Shown: positions 32,130 to 43,968, counted from the stretch's first letter. The stretch is 64,000 nt of DNA from Candidatus Hydrogenedentota bacterium (GCA_045863295.1 BTWA01000023.1:35519-99518); one strand, 5' to 3'. A program made the numbers and translations. Notes: generated from the sequence alone by a model not told the origin.

Positions 32130-33797
32130 TTGACGTTTCGTCTTGATGCGACTAAGATAGCGGGTATGGAAGTTCTCAGCGACAGCCGTTTTGACCCTTG
32201 GAGCGCAGCCGGTCTGCTTATTGACATTGCCAGTGAGCATTCGCTGGAAAGACTACTTTGGAAGTTTGTCGAGCGTGGCTCGCAAGGGCCGATAGCCGCC
32301 TGCGTCCAAGTCTGGCTGATTGACAAAGGTGACTTGTGCCCTACGTGCCCATACCGGCCGCAATGCCCCGACCAATCCCGTTGCCTGCACCTGGTCGCGG
32401 CAAAAGGGAAATCCGTCTTGGGCACCGGCGCCGGTCCGCTACCTTACGAAGATCTCTGTGCACGGGTGCCGCTGGGCGTAGGCCCCATCGGCGAATCTGC
32501 CGTGACGAATGAGCCTAAGCTGGTAAGCGTCTCAGACGATCCCCCGGCGTTGCTTCCAGGAGTGGAGTGGGTGATCGAAGAACAAGTTGGCGAATACTTG
32601 GTAGGTCCTATTCGGTACAAAGGCGAGGTTCTGGGTGTTTCAGCCGGCTACGTTCGTGGAAAATGGCCGGAGGAATTTCACCCATGGGGACAAGTATTCT
32701 CTGATCAGTTGGGTGCGTCGATTGCTAACGCGAGGGCATTCGAGGAAATTCAGCGCCTCAAAGTGCAACTGGAGCTGAAGAATTCCTATCTTGAAGAAGC
32801 CGTCATCGAAGCGAAAGCCTTTGGTGACCTCGTCGGCCAGAGCGCCCCGCTCAGGCACATCGTCAGCCAAATTGATCTGGTTGCACCCACAGAGGCCTCC
32901 GTACTTATTCTGGGCGAGACGGGCACCGGTAAAGAACTCGTAGCGCACGAAATCCACTGCCGTAGCGCACGCAAAGACGGGCCTCTCGTTCGCGTGAATT
33001 GCGCTTCGATTCCGCGGGAGTTATTTGAGAGTGAATTCTTTGGCCACACAAAGGGATCGTTTACCGGAGCGGTGAAGGACCGGGCGGGCCGTTTCGAAAC
33101 GGCCGAGGGCGGGACGATCTTCCTGGATGAAGTGGGTGAGATTCCGCTGGACGTTCAGAACAAACTCCTGCGTGTGCTTCAGGAAAAACGCTATGAACGT
33201 GTCGGAGAGGACCGCACGCGTTCCGCGGATGTGCGGATAGTCGCGGCCACCAATCGCGACATCAAGCAAGCCGTCGCAGCAGGCCGGTTCCGGGAAGACC
33301 TTTACTACCGTCTTAACGTCTTCCCGATCCAAGTTCCACCACTCCGTGAGCGTCTCGACGACATTCCAGCCTTGGCGAAACATTTCGTCGAACTCACCGC
33401 AAGAGACTTGAAGTGCCCTAAACCACGCTTGACGAGAACCGCAATTGTGAAACTGCAGAACTACGACTGGCCTGGAAACGTGCGCGAATTGCGCAACGTG
33501 ATCGAGCGCGCTGTCATTCTGGCCCACGGAGGCACAATGGATTTCGATTTGCCTGTGGCAAACCAACCAACGCAAGTGACTCGTTCAGCGCCACTGGCCG
33601 GCGATACAGACCACCCCGAGTTTCTCACCGAAGCAGAACTTCAACGCCGTGAGCGCGACAATCTCCGTATCATCCTCGAAAAGGCCAATTGGAAGATCAA
33701 AGGTCCGGACGGCGCCGCCGAACTTCTAGGGGTGAATCCTACGACCTTGCTCTCCCGCATGAAGAAATGGGGACTCAAGAAGCCCGAACACAAATAA
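32130..33797 (+). CDS. GAF-AAA+-HTH sigma54 activator (FhlA-like)
   Basis: GETGTGKE, GSFTGA, FLDEVGE, WPGNVREL, C-terminal HTH. Confidence 0.92.
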   Translation: MTFRLDATKIAGMEVLSDSRFDPWSAAGLLIDIASEHSLERLLWKFVERGSQGPIAACVQVWLIDKGDLCPTCPYRPQCPDQSRCLHLVAAKGKSVLGTGAGPLPYEDLCARVPLGVGPIGESAVTNEPKLVSVSDDPPALLPGVEWVIEEQVGEYLVGPIRYKGEVLGVSAGYVRGKWPEEFHPWGQVFSDQLGASIANARAFEEIQRLKVQLELKNSYLEEAVIEAKAFGDLVGQSAPLRHIVSQIDLVAPTEASVLILGETGTGKELVAHEIHCRSARKDGPLVRVNCASIPRELFESEFFGHTKGSFTGAVKDRAGRFETAEGGTIFLDEVGEIPLDVQNKLLRVLQEKRYERVGEDRTRSADVRIVAATNRDIKQAVAAGRFREDLYYRLNVFPIQVPPLRERLDDIPALAKHFVELTARDLKCPKPRLTRTAIVKLQNYDWPGNVRELRNVIERAVILAHGGTMDFDLPVANQPTQVTRSAPLAGDTDHPEFLTEAELQRRERDNLRIILEKANWKIKGPDGAAELLGVNPTTLLSRMKKWGLKKPEHK

Positions 33798-33841
33798 GGG
33801 TCGCCGTAGCCGAATCTTTGTACCGCGCTCGCCGTTTTATC

Positions 33842-33860
33842 TGCTCCCGTTTTGCTCCCG
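33842..33860. repeat. Isolated copy of the att-arm terminal motif
   Basis: tgctcccgttttgctcccg, a 19-bp exact match to the ends of att repeats 2 and 3, same orientation. Confidence 0.7.
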
Positions 33861-33931
33861 TGATATCGCCCTCTACTTGAGACTCATCAGGCACCGGCCA
33901 CTAGGCGCCAGCGGATATAACCTGAGCCGAA

Positions 33932-35230
33932 TCACTCCACGGAGACATTTTGCTGACGAACAACTCGGATCGTGACATCACCCAGGTGCGCCAACAGTCG
34001 TACCCGCATCGCCTCGGTAACGCTGGCGCCTTGTCTGGCGAGTAGGGAACCTTCTGTCGAGAAAAGGTCATGGGCCAACACGTCGCCTGGCGTGATGTGA
34101 CTGATTTTGCTTTGGGATTCGTGAATGTTCGATGCGTGCTCGATTAAAGCGTCGTACGCAGCGTCGACAATCCGCGGATCGAATGTACGGCCTCGTTCGC
34201 TGCGAAGATAAGCTGCTAGACTTTCCGCGGGCGTTCCACCTTTATGATACATCAGATAGGTGTCAGCGCCATCCGCCAGCCTAATGATGCGCGCGCCGAG
34301 GGGTATGTCGGTTCCCCTGAGATGGTTTGGAAACCCGGAACCGTCAAAACACTCGGCATGAGCCGACACAAGTCGGACGATTTCATCACATCCGGGCACT
34401 TCACTGAGGAGTGTCGCGCCAATTTCTGGATATTTCGTGAATGCTTCGCGCTGCGTTTCGGATAATTCCCAAGGCGGAAGCCCACGAACGGCATCCGGCA
34501 TGCCGAACTGGCCCAGATCGTGCAGGAGCGACGCTACCAGCACATCTCGAAGCGCATCTCCGGTCAGATTGACTTCCTTGCAGATGATGCGTACAAGCTT
34601 CTCGACGCGTCCCGCATGATTCGTGTCCGTGTCGTCAAATTGCCGTAATAGTTGTGTCAACAGCCTGACGGACCCGAGGAATCCCGCTTCCAGTTTTTCC
34701 TGCTTAGACTCTAAATCCTTTATGGTGTCTTCGAAGCTGGCAGATATCTCTTTCAGTTGCTTGCGCAACGTGTTCGTCGCTTCCGAGATCTTACTGGTAA
34801 CCAATTCTTCTTCCGACGGAACCGACAGTTGAGATTGAGAAGCCGTTTCCCGCTGCCGGTCGACCATCGCCTTCCACTTTGCAGCGCAGAAACCCGAATC
34901 AAATGGTTTCAGTACGACGTCGGCAACACCCCTCTTTAGCAGATCGGCAACGATCGCGAACTCTGTTACCGCCGTAATCACCACGATCATGGGCGGATGG
35001 ACCTGATCGAATACGTCAACGACTAGACGATGGCCATGCTTGTTTGGCATCCGCAGGTCCGTCACCAATAGCTCGATGGGCTGACGCACAATAGCCTGCA
35101 GACCTAATTCACCGTCGGGCGCGGTGTGACACGTGAATCCGACACGTTTTAAGGCGGACGCGAGTATCCGGCGCACTGCCGGTTCGTCATCGACGACTAG
35201 TGCGTGCATCGCGGAGTTCTGGTCAGGCAT
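33932..35230 (-). CDS. Response regulator with HD-GYP-like domain
   Basis: VVDDE, TDLRMP, KPF; LHDLG, DGSGFP. Confidence 0.85.
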   Translation of the reverse strand: MPDQNSAMHALVVDDEPAVRRILASALKRVGFTCHTAPDGELGLQAIVRQPIELLVTDLRMPNKHGHRLVVDVFDQVHPPMIVVITAVTEFAIVADLLKRGVADVVLKPFDSGFCAAKWKAMVDRQRETASQSQLSVPSEEELVTSKISEATNTLRKQLKEISASFEDTIKDLESKQEKLEAGFLGSVRLLTQLLRQFDDTDTNHAGRVEKLVRIICKEVNLTGDALRDVLVASLLHDLGQFGMPDAVRGLPPWELSETQREAFTKYPEIGATLLSEVPGCDEIVRLVSAHAECFDGSGFPNHLRGTDIPLGARIIRLADGADTYLMYHKGGTPAESLAAYLRSERGRTFDPRIVDAAYDALIEHASNIHESQSKISHITPGDVLAHDLFSTEGSLLARQGASVTEAMRVRLLAHLGDVTIRVVRQQNVSVE

Positions 35231-35313
35231 ATCGTAATTCCCCCATTGCGCTCCGACTCTGCAAGTGAATGATGACCTTTAGTTAGCATCCGTAATCGGT
35301 CGATAACCTCCTG

Positions 35314-37551
35314 TCAATTCTCAAGCACTTCCCGGACTCGGTGAGCCAGTGCGCTCGGCGAAAACGGCTTCTGCAAGAAGTTCACCTCCTCGTGGAGAAT
35401 GCCGTGCCGAACGACTGCATCATTGGTGTAGCCAGAAAGATACAGTACCTTCATCTCGGGATGGAGACTTAGCAACCGCTCGGCGAGGACCCGCCCCCCC
35501 ATTCCGGGCATCACGACATCTGTGATGAGTAACTGGATCGGCTTCCGGTGGTTCCCGGCGACCCGTAAGGCATCCTCGCCACGGCTCGCTTCCAGGACGG
35601 TGTAGCCGCACTGTTGCAGGGTGAAGCGGGTCAGTGCCCGAACAGCGTCCTCGTCCTCGACCAACAGCAAAGTTTCCGTCCCGCGAGGAGCGGGACCGAG
35701 GCCGGGCCAGGTCTTGCCAGTCGGCGCGGCCTGTTCCACGCGCGGGAGGTAGATCTTGAACGAGGTCCCCACGCCCGGTTCGCTGTATACCTCGATCGAG
35801 CCTTCGCTCTGCTTGACGATACCGTGAACCACCGCCAGTCCCAATCCAGTGCCCTTACCGGTCTCCTTGGTGGTGAAGAACGGTTCAAACAGGTGTCGTT
35901 TGACCTCCTCGGTCATGCCGACTCCCGTGTCCGAGACCGCCAACATTACGTACCGACCGGGCTGTACGTCCGCGTGGAACCGGGTGTAGTCCTCGCCAAG
36001 GATGACGTTGTTGGTTTCGATGGTGAGTTTACCGCCTTGCGGCATGGCGTCGCGGGCATTCACCGCCAGGTTGAGAAGAATTTGTTCCAGTTGTCCCGGA
36101 TCAGCTTTCACGCTTCCGAGTTCAGGGTGCAACACGGTTGCCAAGTCGATGTCCTCGCCGATGACGCGACAAAGCATTCTCTCGGTATCCCGGACCACGT
36201 CGTTCAGGTCCAATACCTCGGGGGCCAGAATCTGCTTCCGGCTGAGCGCCAACAACTGCCGAGTCAACGATGCCGACCGATACCCGGCCTTCCGGATCTC
36301 CTCCAGCAACTCCCGGTTGGGATCATCCTTGGGGATCGATTGAAGCAAGAGTTCGCTGTATCCGGTGATGATGGTCAGCAGGTTGTTGAAGTCGTGCGCG
36401 ACGCCGCCGGCCAATCGCCCGATGGCCTCCATCTTCTGCGCTTGCCGCAATTGCTCCTCGAGGTTTTTCCGATGGCTGACGTCAAGGAATGTCACCACCG
36501 CACCGATGATCTCCTTGTCCCGCCACATTGGGTAAGAGAAATACTCAGCGTCGAACTTCGTCCCGTCGGCACGCCAGAATACCTCGTCCTTTATATGAGC
36601 CCCTTGCCGTGTATGAATCGCTTTAACGATCGGGCATTCTTCCTCGGGGTACGGACGACCATCCGGATAATGGTGGTGGATCAGGGTGTGCATGTTCCGG
36701 CCATTCAGTTGCTCGGGTTCGGCATAGCCGAGGAGCCGGGCGCATGTCGGGTTCGCCAGCATACAGTTGCCGTGGAGGTCGATTCCGTAAATGGCCTCGG
36801 CCGTAGAATCAAGCAACAACTGGACGAGTTCTTCCCGCTCACGGGCCGTTTCCGTCGCCTGCTTGCGCTCCAACTCGCCCGCCATCGCCGCGCGCAGACG
36901 CTCGATCCACCAATCCAGCCGTTTCCGTTTGAACTCCGAAGTCGCCATCGGTTCGGGTCGGAGGACCAGTTCCGGCGGCAGGTAGTAGGGATTGGGACAA
37001 ACAAGATCGCCGATGGCCACCAACGGGTGAGTGACGAGCAGGTCATGGATAAGCGCGGGATCGAACCGCGACCGCAAGTAGTGGCACGCGATAACCGCCC
37101 GGTGTTTGGCCAGGAATTCGTTGAGCATGGCCTCATATTCGATGAGCCGATCGCCTTCCACGTTCGCGTCGAGCGCCCATGTCATCTCCCCCTGGAACCG
37201 CAAGCCAGCGTAGCCGTCGGCAACCGCCGCAGACTCGCACTCCGCCAAGTAGTCGAGCATCCTGCGGGCGTCGAACTTTCCCTCTCGCAGGTAGACGTCG
37301 CGTTTGGTCAGGATCTTGAGCGAGCCCTTTTCGGTTTCTTGGGCAACATTCATGCCCAAGGCAGCAAATCGCCGGACGAGTTCCTCGAACGGCGTATCGT
37401 TAGCGACATAGAGGCAGCGCTCGCCGCTCTGCAACCCGGCGACGATGAACGCCACGGCGCTGCTGGTCTGATCCATTAAGTTGTCGTGAACGGGGCAGAG
37501 GTGATCGCCTTTGCGAAGTTTCGCTAACTCGTGGTCCAGTTGAGTTGCCAT
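35314..37551 (-). CDS. MEDS-PAS hybrid histidine kinase with receiver domain
   Basis: GDHLC MEDS start, PAS, AHDFNNLL, NARDAM, GTGLGL, TDVVMP. Confidence 0.9.
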   Translation of the reverse strand: MATQLDHELAKLRKGDHLCPVHDNLMDQTSSAVAFIVAGLQSGERCLYVANDTPFEELVRRFAALGMNVAQETEKGSLKILTKRDVYLREGKFDARRMLDYLAECESAAVADGYAGLRFQGEMTWALDANVEGDRLIEYEAMLNEFLAKHRAVIACHYLRSRFDPALIHDLLVTHPLVAIGDLVCPNPYYLPPELVLRPEPMATSEFKRKRLDWWIERLRAAMAGELERKQATETAREREELVQLLLDSTAEAIYGIDLHGNCMLANPTCARLLGYAEPEQLNGRNMHTLIHHHYPDGRPYPEEECPIVKAIHTRQGAHIKDEVFWRADGTKFDAEYFSYPMWRDKEIIGAVVTFLDVSHRKNLEEQLRQAQKMEAIGRLAGGVAHDFNNLLTIITGYSELLLQSIPKDDPNRELLEEIRKAGYRSASLTRQLLALSRKQILAPEVLDLNDVVRDTERMLCRVIGEDIDLATVLHPELGSVKADPGQLEQILLNLAVNARDAMPQGGKLTIETNNVILGEDYTRFHADVQPGRYVMLAVSDTGVGMTEEVKRHLFEPFFTTKETGKGTGLGLAVVHGIVKQSEGSIEVYSEPGVGTSFKIYLPRVEQAAPTGKTWPGLGPAPRGTETLLLVEDEDAVRALTRFTLQQCGYTVLEASRGEDALRVAGNHRKPIQLLITDVVMPGMGGRVLAERLLSLHPEMKVLYLSGYTNDAVVRHGILHEEVNFLQKPFSPSALAHRVREVLEN

Positions 37552-37901
37552 GATCTCCTCCGTTGGTCACAACTGTAGCGGTCTACACGCCGGTGGGTTC
37601 GCATTGCTTGACAGTGCAGCAAAACCCTGCCGCCGAAGATGCACAGGGGACTATTCCTGCCGCTCCGCCAATCAGCGGCGGGGCGGGTGTCGTATTACTT
37701 GCGGAGCGGAGCGGATGGCGAAGTCGCCTGTTAGACTGATTCCCTTTGCCAGATCTGAGGGTAGTTCCTTGGGACCACAATCGACGTGATGCGCAACTTA
37801 GGCAGTCTACAGGTCAAGCGCAGGATTGGCAACCCAAATCGTCGATGCCGGGAGCGCGGCCTAGAGCCATACGGGCTTGGGCTGCATTACAACTTAAGTA
37901 T

Positions 37902-38078
37902 TGGTGGAGGCGGCGGGAATCGAAGCCTAGGCAGGCTAGTTTTGCAAGTCATTTTACGCCAGCCACTTACGACGCAACATTGTGATTCATAACGAGTTAG
38001 ATTGGTCTCAGCTTTTATCACAATTTATCGCGATTACGCACGCTTTTGTAGAAAATTGCTCCCGTTTTGCTCCCGCGA
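37902..38078 (-). repeat. att-like repeat 2: tmRNA 3'-end core plus element arm
   Basis: 37902-37924 reads TTCGATTCCCGCCGCCTCCACCA on the minus strand; colinear with repeat 3. Confidence 0.9.
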
Positions 38079-38133
38079 CACTTGTATGTGCATCTTGATG
38101 ATCAAGTTTGGTTGCCGACGAGACACCCCTCGC

Positions 38134-38733
38134 TCACAACCTGCAAGTGACTTCATTCGACGACTTACACAGCAACCAACCATAGTGATGTGGGGGCAGA
38201 TCTATTTCGTATTCTGTCTCACAAATAAAACCTGCTTCCTCAGCCCAAAACCGACTTTGTTCAGGACGGGGTCTGATCCCCATTGACGGTCCCCGGGGAG
38301 TTTTCGGGTCGTAGTTCCAATGGGTAATCGCAAGCCGACCGCCATCTCTGAGAACACGCCACGCTTCGCACAGTAATATTAGGGGCTCCTCTGTGTGAAG
38401 GATATTGAACATCATGACATAGTCCACGCTTTCCCCGTCCAGGCCTGTTCCATCCACGATCAAGTCGCGCAGATGGAATCGCACATTGTGTACACGCTCG
38501 TTCGCGGCACGACATTCGCATTCCGCAATCATCGCAGGCTCGATGTCAAAACCATGAAGCGTGCCCGATATCAGGCTCGCCGCAAACAAGGAGAATGTAC
38601 CATAGCCACAGCCGAAATCCACCGCATCGCCCACATTCTTGTTCAATCCCAACTTGGTCAACACAGTTTCGGCATCAAAGAATGTATGCCAAAGCGATTT
38701 CCCCGGCATATCACTTTCCCGAATCTTCGACAC
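38134..38733 (-). CDS. Class I SAM-dependent methyltransferase
   Basis: VDFGCGYG motif I; RVLRDGG. Confidence 0.85.
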   Translation of the reverse strand: MSKIRESDMPGKSLWHTFFDAETVLTKLGLNKNVGDAVDFGCGYGTFSLFAASLISGTLHGFDIEPAMIAECECRAANERVHNVRFHLRDLIVDGTGLDGESVDYVMMFNILHTEEPLILLCEAWRVLRDGGRLAITHWNYDPKTPRGPSMGIRPRPEQSRFWAEEAGFICETEYEIDLPPHHYGWLLCKSSNEVTCRL

Positions 38734-39354
38734 GCACAGTAACCTCTCGTTTAATCACTAGCCATTTCGACTCATTTATTGTAGACAGAATTACTCTGGG
38801 ACGAGAACGCTTCATTGGCAGGATACCTCCTCTGGATCTGGGGGGAACGATGAGGCATTTAGCGAAACGTGAAGTTTATTCATGCCTCACGCCGTGTACC
38901 GCAATGAGTAAATCTCTGATCTTTCAATGTTCATGCTCACGAAGATTCGTATGCCGTTCAGGGTGAGTCCGCTATAGCGAACGAAGACAGGTTGCGCAGT
39001 AACGCGATTTCACCGTACACGCGGACGAAGGCGAGGCGCGGATTCGCTGGGACAGAAAACCGACCGCTACTTTCGATACGGTCAAATTCCGGATGCGGTG
39101 AGCGACGGCTACAGTGCATGCCCAGTATAATGCATTACTCCTCTTGATTACCATATCATGGCAGCTTGTGCGGCCTGATTTCCGCTGCCTGCCTGAGATT
39201 CGGTCGTGGATTTCATTGCTGTACGGCTAAACCAAATGATATCATGGTAGCCAGTTTCCGCACGCCCGACTCGGAAACCATTGTTGCCGAAGAACTTCAT
39301 CACATGGATCAGTTGCTTTCAACCGAAACCAGCGGCAGCCGGTAGGACGAAGAG

Positions 39355-40500
39355 ATGATCAGACCCGAGAAGCTGCGAGCCACAGTGTACTCAGCTATTG
39401 TTACGGGATTTTTGACTTTGCTCATCGTAGTGGGTTCTCGAAACCTTGAGCATTTCGATGCACCGTTGGTGGCCTACACGTTCGCCACTCTTTTTGCGAC
39501 CTTTGGTATAACCTACCGGTATGCTATCTGGCTTCAACGGCCTCCGACCGCCGTTTTCTGGCGGCGAGGGTGGCAAGCCTTCTTGCAGCGCAATCATCGA
39601 TCATCCAACTTGAAACTATGGCTACAACGTGTTGGAGGGCAGTTTGCTCTCAATGATTTTATGTTCAAGCGCGGCGTGCTCCGCTGGCTCGCGCATATGC
39701 TCATCATGTGGGGATGCTTGCTCGCCGTAGCAATCACGTTTCCTCTCGTCTTCGGATGGATATATTTTGAGTCGTTGCCTGATCGGATAGATTGGTATCG
39801 TGTTGTGGTTTTCGGGTTCCCGACGGTTGCCATCCCCCACGATTCCTGGTTCGCGTTTCTGATTTTTCACGGGCTGGTGTGGGCTTCGTTGATGGTGATT
39901 CCTGGTGTCATGTTGGCTATGCGACGCCGCATGCGAGATGAGGGCGCAGCTGCACTTGAGACGTTTTCCGAGGATTTTCTTCCCTTAATTTTGCTCTTCG
40001 CCGTCAGTTTGAGCGGACTGCTGCTCACAGTTAGTTACACATGGCTCGAAGGATACGGCTACGATTTTCTCGCTTTGGCGCATGCGGTCACCGTGATTTT
40101 TACATTACTGTGGTTGCCCTTTGGAAAGTTTTTTCACGTTTTCCAGCGGCCCGCGCAACTAGGCGTCGAATTCTATAAGGACGTAGCGACGCGCGAACCA
40201 AGAGCGCGTTGCGCACGGTGCAACCACCCTTTTGCCTCCGAAATGCATGTACACGATCTGATTGAGACGGAAAGCGCTCTTGGATACCGTTACGATGTGG
40301 AAGACTGCGCGGCGTTGACTCATTACCAGTTCGTTTGCCCCCCATGTAGGCGGGTGATGTTCGCGCTCGCGCAGAGCCGAATCGCAGCAAGCGAATCGCA
40401 CATTTCCGGGTCTCTCCCTTTACCTCGGCCGGCCTATGCCAATCCTGGTCTATCCGAGGGCCCATTGGGTCGCGAAGACGCGGAAAACTTTCATCCTTAG
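39355..40500 (+). CDS. NarI/DsrM-like membrane cytochrome b with C-terminal CxxC...CxxC
   Basis: Multiple TM helices with His (HMLIMWG, HGLVW, HAVTV), [12 protein letters not shown] and CPPC. Confidence 0.65.
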   Translation: MIRPEKLRATVYSAIVTGFLTLLIVVGSRNLEHFDAPLVAYTFATLFATFGITYRYAIWLQRPPTAVFWRRGWQAFLQRNHRSSNLKLWLQRVGGQFALNDFMFKRGVLRWLAHMLIMWGCLLAVAITFPLVFGWIYFESLPDRIDWYRVVVFGFPTVAIPHDSWFAFLIFHGLVWASLMVIPGVMLAMRRRMRDEGAAALETFSEDFLPLILLFAVSLSGLLLTVSYTWLEGYGYDFLALAHAVTVIFTLLWLPFGKFFHVFQRPAQLGVEFYKDVATREPRARCARCNHPFASEMHVHDLIETESALGYRYDVEDCAALTHYQFVCPPCRRVMFALAQSRIAASESHISGSLPLPRPAYANPGLSEGPLGREDAENFHP

Positions 40501-40511
40501 GAGGTTCATGG

Positions 40512-42773
40512 ATGGCCACCCATTCTGCACCGGACAACGCTAGAGCGAACCGTTTCGGTCCACACCCCTCTGTTTCCACAGGTATTCGTCTGGATGCAGG
40601 AGCCACCCCGGACAGTTTTGTAAACACGCATTGTTGTTTCTGTGGTCAACAGTGCGGCGTGACGCTGCTCGTTAAGAACAATCAGGTTATCGGTTTTGAG
40701 CCCCGGTACGACTTTCCTTTCAATCAAGGAAAGCTTTGTCCCAAGGGCGTAAAGCGTTACTTGCAAGGCGCCCATCCGGATCGGTTATTGCATGCCTATG
40801 CGAGAGATTCGCAAGCCGCAGGCGGGTTCAAGGCCATCGGCTACGATGAGGCCATCGCTCGTGTCGCCTCTGAAATCGAGCGTATCCAGCAAGCGTACGG
40901 TCCCGGCGGATTCGGCCTACTCAGCGGCGCCAGTCTCACCACGGAAAAAACCTACCTCATGGGGAAGTTTGCCCGGGTATGCCTAAAAACACCGTATATC
41001 GATTATAACGGCCGCCTCTGTATGGTGAGCGCAGCTGCGGGAAACAAGAAATCCTTTGGAATAGACCGTGCCGCGAATCCTTGGAGCGACATTCCCAAAG
41101 CCGAGGTGATTTGGATCAGCGGGGCGAACGTGGCCGAGTGTGCCCCCATAACCACTGACTATATCTGGCAAGCCCGTGAAGCAGGCGCGCGAATTATCAC
41201 GGTTGATCCACGCATAACACCAGCAGGCCGCATGAGCGATCTCTTTATGCCGATAAAGCCGGGGCGTGATGTTGCCTTATTCAATGGCATTCTTCAGCTG
41301 ATGATCGAGAATGACTGGCTGGATCACGATTTCATCAATACGCATACCGTGGGATTCGATGATGTCGCCGCTCATGTCCGTGAGTGGACTCCAACACGCA
41401 CGGCCGAAGTTACGGGCATCGCTGAAAAAGCTATTCGTGAGGCCGCGGAATGGTGGGGAACGGCTGCCACAAGTTTTCTCCTTCATGCACGCGGCATTGA
41501 GCATCACTCTCATGGCGTACAAAACTGCTTGGGCGCGATCAATATTGTTCTCGCCTCAGGCCGTATAGGCCGCGAGGGTTGTGGCTATGCGACTATCACG
41601 GGCCAAGCCAATGGGCAGGGTGGGCGCGAGCACGGCCAGAAGGCAGACCAACTTCCTGGCGGCCGCGATTTGGCCAATCCGGAACACAGAGCCCATGTAG
41701 CAGGCGTGTGGGGAGTCGAACCGGATTCTCTGCCGCAGCCCGGCGTCGACGCTTACGAGATGTTTCGTAAAATCGACACAGGCGAAATACGTGGCCTGCT
41801 GTCGATTTGTTTTAATCCCGCTGTGTCACTTCCCGACAATGCATTTGTGCACCGAGCGCTTGAGAAACTTGAGTTCTATGTTGCCATTGACTTTTTCTTG
41901 AGCGAGAGTGCTGCATTTGCGGATATCGTTCTACCTGGTTCCTTGCAGGAAGAAGATGAGGGTACCGTTACGAGCGCGGAAGGGCGTGTAATCAAGATTA
42001 ACCCCGCGGTCGAATGTCCAGGTGATGCCAAACAAGACTGGCGAATCATCCAGGACATTGCAAAAGCGCTGAAGCGTGACCGTGGATTCACGTTTGCTTC
42101 ACCGGAGGAGATACTGGACGAACTACGTGCGGCCTCGAAGGGCGGTGTGGCGGACTATTCTGGCATTACGTATGAAAAAATAGAGCGTAACAACGGGATC
42201 TTTTGGCCGTGCCCATCCGACGAGCACCCTGGTACTCCGCGCCTTTTCGAGCCTGATTCGTGGAACCCTGTATCCCAAGGCGCAGGGCCATTTTATTTTC
42301 CCGATGGTAAGGCACGATTCAACGTATCGACATACACGCCTCCGGCGGAAGTTACCGATGACGAGTATCCGCTCATGTTGACTACGGGGCGTGTGATAAG
42401 CCACTTTCTTTCCGGAACACAAACCCGCCGGATTGGCCCGCTTGTCGATCATTGCCCTGATCCCTTTATTGAAGTTCACCCTAGGCTTGCGAAGAAGCTG
42501 GGAATCGAGGACAAAGACTGGGTGACGGCAGAGTCTCGCCGAGGTTCCTGCATTCTACGGGCGAAAGTTGTGAATACGATACGACCGGATACAATATTTA
42601 TTCCGTATCACTGGCCTGGACGCAAGAGCGCCAATCAACTAACCGTTTCCGCTCAGGATCCAATCTCTAAAATACCCGAGTACAAGGTGTGCGCCGTGCG
42701 GTTGCGCAAAGCGTCATCGAGTGAAGCTGAACTCGCCGCCGGCGCCGAGCGAAAACTCTTGGAGAAATCCTAA
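40512..42773 (+). CDS. Molybdopterin oxidoreductase catalytic subunit (Nas/Nap/Fdh clade)
   Basis: CCFCGQQC...LCPKG Fe-S motif, [31 protein letters not shown]; no Tat signal. Confidence 0.9.
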   Translation: MATHSAPDNARANRFGPHPSVSTGIRLDAGATPDSFVNTHCCFCGQQCGVTLLVKNNQVIGFEPRYDFPFNQGKLCPKGVKRYLQGAHPDRLLHAYARDSQAAGGFKAIGYDEAIARVASEIERIQQAYGPGGFGLLSGASLTTEKTYLMGKFARVCLKTPYIDYNGRLCMVSAAAGNKKSFGIDRAANPWSDIPKAEVIWISGANVAECAPITTDYIWQAREAGARIITVDPRITPAGRMSDLFMPIKPGRDVALFNGILQLMIENDWLDHDFINTHTVGFDDVAAHVREWTPTRTAEVTGIAEKAIREAAEWWGTAATSFLLHARGIEHHSHGVQNCLGAINIVLASGRIGREGCGYATITGQANGQGGREHGQKADQLPGGRDLANPEHRAHVAGVWGVEPDSLPQPGVDAYEMFRKIDTGEIRGLLSICFNPAVSLPDNAFVHRALEKLEFYVAIDFFLSESAAFADIVLPGSLQEEDEGTVTSAEGRVIKINPAVECPGDAKQDWRIIQDIAKALKRDRGFTFASPEEILDELRAASKGGVADYSGITYEKIERNNGIFWPCPSDEHPGTPRLFEPDSWNPVSQGAGPFYFPDGKARFNVSTYTPPAEVTDDEYPLMLTTGRVISHFLSGTQTRRIGPLVDHCPDPFIEVHPRLAKKLGIEDKDWVTAESRRGSCILRAKVVNTIRPDTIFIPYHWPGRKSANQLTVSAQDPISKIPEYKVCAVRLRKASSSEAELAAGAERKLLEKS

Positions 42774-43423
42774 TGGCCGTCGCTGAGTCCCAAGAGTTTT
42801 TTGTTGACCAGAGCCGTTGTATTGGATGCAACGCTTGTGTACAAGCATGCTCTGAGTGTGATACGCACAAAGGCCAATCGATGATTCAACTCGACTATGT
42901 TGATCGAGCGACATCGACCCAAACGGCCCCCGTCGTGTGTATGCATTGCGATTCGCCGACCTGCGCGGAGGTTTGTCCAGCCGACGCCATCAAGCGCACG
43001 GAGGACGGTGTCGTTCAGTCAGCGCGAAAGCCCCGGTGTATAGCGTGCAACAATTGTGTGCTCGCATGCCCCTTCGGTGTTCCCAAGATGAATACCGGTA
43101 TGCATCTAATGATGAAGTGCGACATGTGCTATGATCGCACATCTACGGGTAAAAAGCCGATGTGCGCCTCTGTATGCCCAAGCCAGGCGCTCTTCTTCGG
43201 TACCCGCACGGAGATCGAACGCTTGCGGCCCAACTCGCGTCCTATCAATACTTTTCGATTCGGAAATCAAACCATTACCACAAAAGTGAATGTCCTTGTG
43301 CCCAGGCAAGCTTCACGCAACGACCTCGACGTGACTGCATCGCTAGGTGCGGCACCGTATGGGAATTCCATGGAGGATGACATGATGTTCGGCGCCATGA
43401 ACGAAGAGGAGGCCTCGACATGA
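42773..43423 (+). CDS. 4Fe-4S dicluster electron-transfer subunit
   Basis: [41 protein letters not shown]. Confidence 0.92.
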   Translation: MAVAESQEFFVDQSRCIGCNACVQACSECDTHKGQSMIQLDYVDRATSTQTAPVVCMHCDSPTCAEVCPADAIKRTEDGVVQSARKPRCIACNNCVLACPFGVPKMNTGMHLMMKCDMCYDRTSTGKKPMCASVCPSQALFFGTRTEIERLRPNSRPINTFRFGNQTITTKVNVLVPRQASRNDLDVTASLGAAPYGNSMEDDMMFGAMNEEEAST

Positions 43424-43968
43424 AAGAAACGTCACACCCGGCCAAAGGAACTCCACCGGGACAAGGCGAGTCTTGCGCCCAGCCTGCATGGCGAGAACAG
43501 TTTCCGATCGATGTTCCAGACGATGAATATCGATCGCGGCGTGACTTCACAAAATTAGTCGGCCTCACGAGCCTCGCCTTCGTGGCAGGCCAAGGTTATA
43601 TCGTTGTTGAAAGCGAGCGGCAAAAAGTGCGCGGACGTTTACCGGAATTGGAAATCGCCGGGGCGAACGAACTTGCAGTGGGTTCTTCGAAACTGTTTCA
43701 CTACCCGGACAAAGGTGATGCATGTGTACTTGTTCGCGTTTCCGAAGATCGTCACCTCGCATATGGCCAGAAGTGCACGCATCTCTCGTGCCCGGTTATT
43801 CCGGCGCCATCGGAAGGCAAATTCCTTTGCCCGTGCCATCATGGCTATTTTGATCTCTTTACAGGCGAACCGCTCGCGGGACCACCAAGGCGTGCATTGC
43901 CCGCCATCGAACTTAGTTTCCGAGATGAAAAAATATTTGCCGTCGGCATAAAGGAACGATCCGCGTGA
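43420..43968 (+). CDS. Rieske 2Fe-2S protein with Tat-like motif
   Basis: SRRDF, CTHLSC, CPCHHG. Confidence 0.9.
   Translation: MKETSHPAKGTPPGQGESCAQPAWREQFPIDVPDDEYRSRRDFTKLVGLTSLAFVAGQGYIVVESERQKVRGRLPELEIAGANELAVGSSKLFHYPDKGDACVLVRVSEDRHLAYGQKCTHLSCPVIPAPSEGKFLCPCHHGYFDLFTGEPLAGPPRRALPAIELSFRDEKIFAVGIKERSA

Larger units (their letters stand above)
11302..37901. mobile_element. Cargo module A between att repeats 1 and 2, with no integrase or transfer genes
   Basis: Bounded by direct att-like repeats; accessory gene content; IS remnant and gene scars inside. Confidence 0.65.

Noticed and set aside
35614..37479. 621-aa plus-strand ORF (and similar long ORFs at 11731-13041, 13416-14459, 2232-3074)
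   Set aside because: Antisense shadows of well-supported genes in GC-rich DNA, with no motifs.
37902..37924. Intact tRNA or tmRNA gene at the att repeats
   Set aside because: Only the T-loop and 3' acceptor strand are present; the 5' T-stem strand and gene body are replaced by arm sequence in all copies.
38096..38106. FNR-like box ttgat-g-atcaa
   Set aside because: The spacer is 1 nt rather than 4, and the site lies downstream of a gene end.
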